A DNA stretch of 19,902 bases from Polyangiaceae bacterium (GTDB taxonomy: Bacteria; Myxococcota_A; Polyangia; Polyangiales; Polyangiaceae), in NCBI GenBank assembly GCA_050287085.1, contig JBNKBE010000042.1:1-19902 (forward strand), in the 5' to 3' direction. A program made the position numbers and the translations under genes. Position 1 is the stretch's first letter; every line of letters starts with the position of its first letter. Under the pieces are notes generated by a model, which saw nothing but the letters and a program-made list of their open reading frames with translations, was not told the DNA's origin and searched no databases. This document shows positions 8,713 through 16,228 of the stretch, piece after piece.

Positions 8713-8833
8713 CGGCGTGCCTGTGTCGCGGCGTGCCTGTGTCGCGGCGTGCCTGTGTCGCGGCGTGCCTGTGTCGCGGCGTGCCTGTGTCGCGGCGTGC
8801 CTGTGTCGCGGCGTGCCTGTGTCGCGGCGTGCC
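8713..8833. repeat. Perfect 16-bp tandem repeat (CGGCGTGCCTGTGTCG) x7 plus a 9-bp partial copy
   Basis: Read directly; it fills most of the gap between two convergent genes and has no spacers. Confidence 0.97.
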
Positions 8834-8858
8834 GGCGCACCAATGTCGCAGCGCTAGC

Positions 8859-10373
8859 TCACTCGGGTACGATGTAGCGCCACGTCCCGGACATCCACAT
8901 GCTACCAACGAAGATGGTCTGCTCACCGTCGCTGACAACCTCGACGCGACTCGGGCCTACGCCCATGCCTGGCGGGCCCTGTACCTTGGCAAAATTGGCT
9001 TCGTCATCCAGTGGAGCAATGAAGAACTCCGTTGAGTTTCCGCAGTTTACGGGCTGGCATGCCGAACCAAACGCCGCGTACAAGTTCTTCTCGGAACGCC
9101 ACACGCCCGACAGATTGCCAGACCATAGTCGCGTGAATGTATCCCCTAAGTCCGTGCTCTTGAAGAGCCCGGAGCCAGGTCCGTAGAGCCCCCCCACATA
9201 GAGGGTCTCACCAATCTGCAAGATCTGAGCATTGCCGTGGGGATGCTCCAGACCCGACACCCCTTCGGGGATGATCCACGTCTTGCCTCCGTCCCGCGTA
9301 ACCGTGGCGCTTGCGAACTGAGCAATCGCAAACCAGTTTCCGCGTGTGGTCTCCGCAACGCCGGTATCTAGAAAAAACACGAACCAGGAGTCGCCACCGC
9401 CGGGAAAGCCATTTCCCGTGACGCGAGCCCAGGTAACTCCGGCGTCAAATGACTCCATTAGATACGCGGCGTGGTGCACTCCGCTTATCAGGTGGTTATT
9501 GTCGTAGGGATCCACCTTGATGGAATACAAGTCTTCATCAAGTTGTGGGATTTGGATCTGTACGAAGGTCTTTCCATCGTCCGTCGACTTGTAGACGGAA
9601 CGATGCCCGGCGACGTAGATACTCGGTGGATCCGTCGGCGCAACCGCCATCACGTCACCCATGGCGATATATGGAATATTGCTGTTGATGATGGCCCAGC
9701 TCTTGCCGTAGTCGGTCGACTTCCAGACGCCCGCTTGCCCTCCTCCAATGTATAGATCGCTGGGGCGGAGCGGATTACCTATCACCGAGCCCGGACCAAA
9801 AGGCATAAACCCGGGATCGGAGGGAATGACGTTGACCCACGTCCCTGGCTCACAGGAGTCATTGGCGACACAAGGGTCAGTCGCGAGCACCGAAGGCTCT
9901 GTCACATTGCCAGCCCCCACGCTACCGCCGATCTCCGGAGCTGCGCCGCCGGACGAGGTGCCTCCCTCAGGCTGCATGGGCGGCTGGTCATCGTCCCCAA
10001 CGTCTCCTCCGCCGTCGCCGCTATCGTTGTTCTGGCCGCCGGTGGACTCTGTGCCACCTGTTCCGCCCTGTCCCGAAGTAGTCCCACCATTGCTGCCGCT
10101 GCTTCCTCCCGGTGAAGCACTACCGGCGCGACCGGCGCTACCAGCACCGGAACCGTCTCCGCTGCCCCCCCGAGCCATGCCCCTTCCCGCCGCGGCGGCC
10201 ACACTGCTGGCGTCATCGATCAAGGCGTCTGAACCGGAACCCAATGCGCCCGAGACTTCGCATCCGGCGACGCTAATGCAAACGAGCGACAGTTTAGCTA
10301 TGACCGTCCCGTCGACCGTGGACGAGAACATGGCAACAGCGCGCCGCGAACGAAAAGAGCTGCGAGACATCAC
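8859..10373 (-). CDS. Putative lipoprotein with Gly/Ser/Thr-rich linker and BNR/Asp-box beta-propeller (GH74/VPS10-like fold)
   Basis: Lipobox-like ISVAG-C, long low-complexity linker, and five Asp boxes (KSTDYGKSW, KSTDDGKTF, ESFDAGVTW, TRDGGKTW, KSTDLGDTF). Exact start uncertain (10373, 10370 or 10331). Confidence 0.8.
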   Translation of the reverse strand: MMSRSSFRSRRAVAMFSSTVDGTVIAKLSLVCISVAGCEVSGALGSGSDALIDDASSVAAAAGRGMARGGSGDGSGAGSAGRAGSASPGGSSGSNGGTTSGQGGTGGTESTGGQNNDSGDGGGDVGDDDQPPMQPEGGTSSGGAAPEIGGSVGAGNVTEPSVLATDPCVANDSCEPGTWVNVIPSDPGFMPFGPGSVIGNPLRPSDLYIGGGQAGVWKSTDYGKSWAIINSNIPYIAMGDVMAVAPTDPPSIYVAGHRSVYKSTDDGKTFVQIQIPQLDEDLYSIKVDPYDNNHLISGVHHAAYLMESFDAGVTWARVTGNGFPGGGDSWFVFFLDTGVAETTRGNWFAIAQFASATVTRDGGKTWIIPEGVSGLEHPHGNAQILQIGETLYVGGLYGPGSGLFKSTDLGDTFTRLWSGNLSGVWRSEKNLYAAFGSACQPVNCGNSTEFFIAPLDDEANFAKVQGPPGMGVGPSRVEVVSDGEQTIFVGSMWMSGTWRYIVPE

Positions 10374-10498
10374 GGATGATCATAGCCTCGCGCGCCAGGT
10401 TTGCAATTCAACGAACGAAGGCGCAGCGTTCTCCACACTGACCCAGCAATGAGCGCATGCTCGCACCTAGACGTCCAAAAGCAGACCCCCGTGGCCTT

Positions 10499-10532
10499 TA
10501 AAACGGGCAAAACGAGCACCTTCTGGGGCTCG
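10499..10532 (-). terminator. Possible intrinsic terminator/attenuator hairpin
   Basis: Minus strand reads CGAGCCCC-AGAA-GGTGCTCG followed by TTTTGCCCGTTTT; it lies between the SDR gene and the BNR gene. Confidence 0.35.
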
Positions 10533-10790
10533 AGGCCGGCGCCCACAGCCCGAAGTACACCCCGCCCGGCCACGCGGCAGTTGGCCCGCAGTGTAAAGTG
10601 AGGCCCTCTGCTCCGCAGCAACTTCAAGCGAAGCCGGATTGTTCTGCCATGCCTACTCTGAATGTGCACAGGAGAGCAGGTCTTCGCTTCTTCTGCACGC
10701 GTCCGCCTCTCACGCCGCGAGCCGTCCAAGGCCCCTCAGGAGCTCAGACCCCGACCCAACGCCCGCTCCTCCGGGGGGCCGAAGCGCTGC

Positions 10791-10848
10791 CAAGCCCAAC
10801 TCCAGCCGCAAGCCCAACTCCAGTCGCAAGCCCAACTCCAGTCGCAAG
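10791..10848. repeat. 18-bp tandem repeat (CAAGCCCAACTCCAGYCG) x3 plus a partial copy
   Basis: Read directly; about 60 bp downstream of the SDR stop. Confidence 0.93.
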
Positions 10849-10908
10849 GCTGGTGGCCAGGGGGCTCCACGCTGCACCGGCGCCAAACTCGCAATGGCGA
10901 GCATCCGC

Positions 10909-11673
10909 TCACGGCGCGTAGATCATCTTGCGCGTCATGCCACCGTCAACAACGATGTTCTGCCCGGTGATGAAGCCGGCGCGCGACGATATCAAGAATC
11001 CGCAGAGCTCTACCACGTCCGTCGTACTACCCACCCGCCCTACCGGATGCTGCGTCTGATCGGTCGGACGCAATGCGCCTTGCTCTGGACTGCCGTCAGC
11101 GACGATCCACCCTGGACTGATGCAGTTGACGCGAACAGCGGGTCCCACGCTCAGTGCAAGGGCATGGGTAAACGCCACCACCGCCCCTTTGCTCGCCGCA
11201 TAGGCTTCGCTATGTGGCTCAGACATGAGCGCTCGCGTCGAAGCGACATTGACGATGCTGCCCCGACGGCGCGCCAGATGCGGCAAGCAATGCTTTGAAC
11301 AGATGAACACGCCATCCAGATTGGTCGCCATGACGCGCCGCCAGTCCGACAAGGCAAGTTGCTCCAGCGGTGCATTGTAGGGATAGGCGATCGCCGCGTT
11401 GTTGATGAGCGCACTCAAGGAGCCAAACCTCTCGACAGCGCGGGTCACCGCCTCAGCAACTGCCTGTTCACTGGAGACGTCACACGGTATCAGCTCCAGA
11501 CCTTCGCGTGTCGTTGCGCATGCTTGGTGAAGTTGGTGCAAGCCTGCTTCATCCTGGTCCAAGCCCACAACCCGTAGGCCACGCTCCAACAAGCCGAGAC
11601 AAATCGCCCGTCCGATCCCCCGCGCGGCCCCTGTGACCAACGCAACTGCCGGCTCTTCATCCATACTTGTCAC
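10909..11673 (-). CDS. Classical short-chain dehydrogenase/reductase (SDR)
   Basis: TGAARGIG, NNAA, catalytic YAASK, VRVNCISPG and FITGQNIVVDGG motifs; AAGGAG RBS just upstream of the GTG start. Confidence 0.95.
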   Translation of the reverse strand: MTSMDEEPAVALVTGAARGIGRAICLGLLERGLRVVGLDQDEAGLHQLHQACATTREGLELIPCDVSSEQAVAEAVTRAVERFGSLSALINNAAIAYPYNAPLEQLALSDWRRVMATNLDGVFICSKHCLPHLARRRGSIVNVASTRALMSEPHSEAYAASKGAVVAFTHALALSVGPAVRVNCISPGWIVADGSPEQGALRPTDQTQHPVGRVGSTTDVVELCGFLISSRAGFITGQNIVVDGGMTRKMIYAP

Positions 11674-11926
11674 CGCGCTCCTTCTAGGATCTTTCTTGGA
11701 GCGCTTCTAAGACTTTCTCGCCGCTCTGGTTTGAAGTCCCACTTGCAGAAGTGGGTCCCGACGCGGGAGCCTGCGCACGCCATCACTCGACTCGTCGTCG
11801 GCAAGCGTCCTCTTTCAGGGTTCGCGCTCTCCCGCTCTGCGCTGAGCCTCACCCAGCCCTTCCGCGAGCGCTCTGCCAGAGCGCGGGCCAACCGCGCAAG
11901 TGCGAAGCCCCGCCGAAACATGTCCG

Positions 11927-13612
11927 ATGCGGGACAGACCACTGGAAGCAAACGGCCCGGCGCGTGGTCTCGCTAGAGTAGCGCTTCGCCCTCAACACGT
12001 CGTGCAGCTGTCCGCCCTACAATCTTTGGCCTTCTCGGTGGCTCAGGCTCGGTCACCGGAGCGCGTGTTGCGCGAAGTCGTGCGGGGTCTAGGCATGACC
12101 GAAGGCGTCGCCCTGGCTCGGGTGTGGCTGATCGAAGCGGAGGCGCAAGAAACCGTTCTGAGACTGCGTGCTAGCATCGGCCTCAGCCGACGCGATCCGG
12201 AGCTGCTTTGGAACCGCACTGACGGCGCCCATGCCCGCCTGCCGCTCCACTTCGGCAAGGTGGGCCGCGTGGCCACAACCGGTGAACCCCTCCTCCTGCA
12301 ACGCGGCCCCACGAATTGGTTGGTGCAGCCCGACTGGGCCGAGGAAGAAAGCATCGAGAGCTTTGCTGGACAGCCACTGGTATTTCGTGGCGAGGTGCTC
12401 GGAGTTGTGGCGGTTTTTAGTCGCAAACGGCTGGAAGTCGCCGACCTCACTTGGCTTCGCGTATTCGCCGACCACGCCGCAGTCGCGATCGCCAACACCC
12501 GCGCCTACGCCGAAATCGCGGAGCTCAAAGAGCGGCTCGAACGCGAGCGAGACTATCTGCGCGACCAAGTGCGCGACGCTTTGCATCCGGTACAGATGGT
12601 CGCCGCAAGCGACGCGATGCAACAGGTATTGGACCAGGTGCGCGCCGTGGCGCGCACGACTACTACCGTACTCGTCACTGGGGAAAGTGGTGTCGGCAAA
12701 GAGCTTATCGCCAGCGCCATTCATGACATGAGCCCCCGGATGCAGCAGCCACTGGTCAAGGTCAACTGCGCCAGCGTTCCGCGCGAGCTATTCGAAAGCG
12801 AGTTCTTTGGACACGTACGTGGTGCTTTCAGTGGCGCGGCGCGCGATCGAGAAGGCCGCTTCAAGCTGGCCGATGGCGGCACCCTATTCCTCGACGAAGT
12901 TGGAGAAATCCCTCTGGAACTGCAGGGTAAACTACTGCGTGTATTACAAGAGCAGGAGTTCGAAGCCGTAGGGGACGACCGTACCCATCGCGTCGATGTC
13001 CGAGTCGTGGCCGCGACGAATCGCGACTTGGAAGAAGAGGTGCGCGCGGGACGGTTTCGCAGCGATCTCTACTATCGCCTCAGCGTGGTACCGGTCCACG
13101 TTCCCCCGCTACGCGCTCGCAAACCCGACATCGTTCCCCTGGCCGAGCAGTTTCTCGCGGCAGGCGCCAAGCGACTGGGGATCCGCCAACCAACGCTCAC
13201 CCCCCAGGACCGGGCCACCCTGGCCCACTATGACTACCCGGGCAACATCCGGGAGCTCCGCAACATCATAGAACGTGCCCTCGTGCTCGTCGCTCCTGGT
13301 CAAACGCAGCTAAAGCTGCACCTGCCCAAGATCCCCAACGAAGCAACGCTGCAGAGCAACCACGAGGCGGCGCTCCAGAACGCGGCCAACACGCGTCCGA
13401 GGGATACCGACACCTCGAACGAAAGCGCGGCCCCGGCTCGGATTCTGAGCGACGACGAGCTGCGTCAGCTCGAACGCGACAATCTTCGCGCCGCTCTGAA
13501 GCGCTGCGGATGGAAGGTCGCCGGTCCCCAAGGCGCAGCGCAACTGCTCGGCCTCAGTCCGAGTACCCTGGCCTACCGCATGCGAGCCCTTGGCGTCCGG
13601 CGCCCTGAGTAG
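11927..13612 (+). CDS. Sigma54-dependent enhancer-binding protein, GAF + AAA+ + Fis-type HTH (FhlA/NifA-like architecture)
   Basis: N-terminal GAF; Walker [24 protein letters not shown]; Walker [29 protein letters not shown]-terminal [13 protein letters not shown]. Start uncertain (11900, 11927 or about 12002). Confidence 0.95.
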   Translation: MRDRPLEANGPARGLARVALRPQHVVQLSALQSLAFSVAQARSPERVLREVVRGLGMTEGVALARVWLIEAEAQETVLRLRASIGLSRRDPELLWNRTDGAHARLPLHFGKVGRVATTGEPLLLQRGPTNWLVQPDWAEEESIESFAGQPLVFRGEVLGVVAVFSRKRLEVADLTWLRVFADHAAVAIANTRAYAEIAELKERLERERDYLRDQVRDALHPVQMVAASDAMQQVLDQVRAVARTTTTVLVTGESGVGKELIASAIHDMSPRMQQPLVKVNCASVPRELFESEFFGHVRGAFSGAARDREGRFKLADGGTLFLDEVGEIPLELQGKLLRVLQEQEFEAVGDDRTHRVDVRVVAATNRDLEEEVRAGRFRSDLYYRLSVVPVHVPPLRARKPDIVPLAEQFLAAGAKRLGIRQPTLTPQDRATLAHYDYPGNIRELRNIIERALVLVAPGQTQLKLHLPKIPNEATLQSNHEAALQNAANTRPRDTDTSNESAAPARILSDDELRQLERDNLRAALKRCGWKVAGPQGAAQLLGLSPSTLAYRMRALGVRRPE

Positions 13613-13665
13613 GTAGCAAGCCTTGATCGGCCGCCCGCGCCGATGTCGCCCGCGCCGAGGTCGCT

Positions 13666-13809
13666 AGGTCCCGTTACCTGCGTTCTGGAGCCGCCCAGCA
13701 CTGCCACCAAAAACCCAGCGACGATGGCCGTGTACAGACCGTGTTGAAGCGCTACTCCGACGCCAACGGCGAGCGCCCCCGCCAAAGCTTCCCTCCCGAT
13801 GCTCCGCAT
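13666..13809 (-). pseudogene. Remnant of the N-terminus of a SulP/SLC26-family anion transporter (DauA-like)
   Basis: [37 protein letters not shown] matches the SulP signature (ALAIxxGVxPQxGLYTAIxAGxxxALxGGSxxQVxGP). Only about 48 codons remain, and the preceding VALPxxM helix is missing. Confidence 0.8.
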
Positions 13810-13812
13810 CGT

Positions 13813-13837
13813 GTGGGGCCCTGCTTTTGGGCCCCAC
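13813..13837. other. Perfect 9-bp stem hairpin GTGGGGCCC-TGCTTTT-GGGCCCCAC
   Basis: Read directly; lies between the SulP remnant and the IS91 remnant. Function unknown. Confidence 0.6.
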
Positions 13838-14094
13838 CTGAACCTTGTCGACTCGTCGCGGGCGGCGCAGGTGCCGTGACGCGCCACAACTGCAGCGACG
13901 GACAAGCTCGGAACGCGAGCGCGCGGCGCGGCGCGTGCGCCACTCGGCAGGACGAGCTCGAAACCCCAGGCGCGCTCAACTCGAGCCGGCTGTGCGCCTC
14001 GAGACACCTTGCGCTCCGACGTGCAGCTCACCTTCCCCCGGCGCCCGCAGCCCGCAGGGCGAGGACGGCCTGGGGGAAGCAGCAGGCCCTAGGA

Positions 14095-15293
14095 CTCGAG
14101 GAGTTCGTCGAGGGCGCCGAAGAGGCCGGAGGCTTGCCGGAGTTCGTGCGAAAGGAGGTCCGCGAGTACTTGCGGTGCGGGCTGCTCGAGTACGGACTGC
14201 TCCACTGCCGATGCAGCCGCTGCGGGCACGACCAGGTTTGCGCATTCAGCTGCAAGCGGCGCGGATCTTGTCCAAGTTGCCTCGGCAGGCGAATGACGGA
14301 CACGGCGCTGGACTTGGTCGAGCGCGTGTTGCCGGAAGGAGTGCCGGTGCGTCAGTGGGTGTGCTCCTTGCCGTGGCGACTGCGCGTGCTGTGCGGCTAC
14401 GACAGTGCGCTGTGCGCTGACGTGATGAAGGCGTTTGAAAAGGAGGTGAGCCGCTTGCTTTGCCATCGCGCGAAGGAACAGCTCGGTCTCGGTTCCGTCA
14501 AAGAGGCGCACACGGATTCGGTGCTGTTCATTCAGAGATTCGACTCGGCAATTCGGCTCAACGTGCATGGGCATTTGCTGTCCTTGGACGGCGTGTACGT
14601 GCGCACAGCCGACGGAAAGCTCTGCTTCCATGAGCCGCCCGAGCCGGCTGCCGAGGATGTCGCCGAGGTCGCACGCCGGACTGCGGCGCGCCTGGTCAAG
14701 GTGCTGAAGAAGCCTGGGCGAGCGGAGTCACCTGCGCTGCGTCTGGTCGACCCGAGCTTGGCGCGGCCACACGAGCCGGTAGCCATCGCTTACGGGGTCA
14801 AAGTGCACGCGGCCGTGCGCGTACATGGCAACGACCGCGTGCAACTACAACGACTGTGCCGGTACCTCGGCAGACCCCCAATCGCAGAAGAGCGGCTCAC
14901 GCGGACGGACGACGGAGCAGTCATTCTGCGCTGCGCCCGGAAGTGGTTCCGAAACCACCGCCGGCTGTGGGTAACCCGTTGCTCGACGACGACGATGGGA
15001 AGCTTGCGTTGCAGTTCGGCGGAGGTCATGACGACGAAGACGAGGGGGCCAGCGTGAGCAGGAGACGCCCCTGGGCGTGGCTGCTCCACTACGTGTGGCA
15101 GCCGGATGTCAGCACCTGTCCGCGCTGCGGCGGGAGCGTGAAGTGGGTGGAGGTTGCGACGGAGCCCGAGGCCATCCGGCGCGTGCTCGCCGAGCTCGAC
15201 CTGCAGGCTGCCGACAACCCCACACCGCGCAGAACGGCACAACGACGCTACCGCGTGCCGCCACCGGAGCAGCTGGGCCTGGGGTTCGGGTAG
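14095..15293 (+). pseudogene. IS91-family (HUH) transposase, N-terminally eroded, internally deleted and frameshifted
   Basis: Zn-binding domain YLRCG..CSRC..AFSCKRRGSCPSC; RQWVCSLP; QRFDSAIRLNVHGH (HUH at 14566-14574); RLCRY (Tyr 14863-14865). Near 14915 homology switches to the frame of ORF 14856..15293 (SHSALRPEVVP...WAWLL..V...DVSTCPRCGG...AIRRVL). Confidence 0.88.
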
Positions 15294-15484
15294 TTCGGCC
15301 ACCTTTCGGTCGTGGCTGGGCAGGGTTCGTGGGAGCGCGGCGGGGGCCAACCTGCGTCCGCGGGTTCGCGCAAACGCTGGGAATCCGGCTGAGAGGCGGC
15401 CGGGAGCCAGGGACGTGGTTGGGCAAGGGGTCGAATGGGGCCTGCTTGCGATCAGAGCTACCCGCCGAGCGAGGGGAATTTGAA

Positions 15485-15503
15485 GTTCGTGTTCCTTATG
15501 CGC
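15485..15503 (+). promoter_or_regulatory. Candidate oriIS terminus of the IS91/ISCR element
   Basis: GTTCGTGTTCCTTATGCGC resembles the ISCR oriIS end as I recall it (GTTTGAACTTCCTATACGC, 12/19 identical), lies at the expected position downstream of the transposase, and is close to where SCO homology stops. Confidence 0.55.
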
Positions 15504-16102
15504 CGGCGCGGGACGAGTGCCCGTCGCGTGCAGGCGCGTCAGTTCGCCCGCGAGGTAGGACGCGTCCAACTCCGCGCCTCGGTAGCGCTGCACGAGGCGA
15601 CCTTGGCGATCGAAGAGAAACACGTTCAGGGTGTGAGCCGACGGCGCGGAGCCCTCGGTGTCGAAGACGTGAGCCGCGCAGCCAGCGTCCGTACGTCTTC
15701 GGCGCTGGCCCGCGCGAAGCGCCACTCGGGCACGTCCACGCCTTGTTCGCGCGCAAAGCGCGCAAGCGCGCTCGGCGTGTCGTTGTCGGGATCCACCGGC
15801 ACCGACAAGATTCGAAGCTCTCGCTGCACCTCTGGACTGAGCTGCCGGCGAGCTTCAGCGAGGAGCTGCGTGACGCGCGGGCACGCGGCGGGGCAGCTCG
15901 TGAACATGAGCCGCACCACGAGCATGCGATCCCCAAGCCACCGGCCGTCGACCACGCGCTCGTCCTGATCGACCAGGTGCAGACCCCCGAACGCCTCCGG
16001 CAAGGCTCGCGCCTTGTTACACCCGGTGAACGCCCCCGAGAGGACGAGCAACAGCGCGAAGGTCGGCCACAGGCGCCGACATGAGAGTAGGGACACGCAC
16101 AT
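15504..16102 (-). pseudogene. SCO1/SenC/PrrC-family copper chaperone lipoprotein, frameshifted
   Basis: Lipobox AFTG-C; LVDQDE; FTSCPAAC (CxxxC); VDPDNDTP. The conserved C-terminal part (SAHTLNVFLFDRQGRLVQRYRG, His at 15635-15633) is in another frame after about 15670. Could be a sequencing indel. Confidence 0.82.
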
Positions 16103-16228
16103 GTATGCCCCAATTAATGGCCGCTTTGCGGACTTCGATCGGGCGAACCTCCAGCGGGGCCAGGGCTCTGCTCGATGGACGTCCCGGCTCAGAAGGGCTA
16201 CTGCCCGCCGCCCTCGGTCCTCCCGGCC

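Larger units (their letters stand above)
14095..15503 (+). mobile_element. Degenerate IS91/ISCR-type rolling-circle insertion sequence
   Basis: Transposase remnant plus about 210 bp of downstream sequence ending in an oriIS-like motif. The left boundary (terIS) was not identified. Confidence 0.8.

Noticed and set aside
8713..8833. CRISPR array
   Set aside because: Units are head-to-tail 16-mers with no spacers, and no cas genes are present. The same applies to 10791-10848 and 19792-19902.
8528..9035. ORFs with repeated RRDTGTPRHRHAATQA / VPVSRRACVAACLCRG peptides
   Set aside because: They are translations of the non-coding 16-bp array and overlap real genes.
10501..10590. c-di-GMP-I riboswitch (GGGCAAA start, two hairpins)
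   Set aside because: It lacks the GNRA-type tetraloop and the GACGCAAAGC-like junction, and the resemblance is on the strand opposite to the downstream gene. Kept only as a generic structure candidate.
9748..11298. Long plus-strand ORFs 9748..10452 and 10639..11298
   Set aside because: Antisense shadows of the propeller and SDR genes with no recognisable motifs.
13741..14094. N-terminal part of the 438-aa ORF as genuine transposase sequence
   Set aside because: No transposase similarity before LEEFVEGAEE; it overlaps the SulP remnant and the hairpins.
14790..15503. 311-aa minus-strand ORF as an independent gene
   Set aside because: Only its 15670-15504 part is meaningful (SCO C-terminus); the rest is antisense read-through of the IS.
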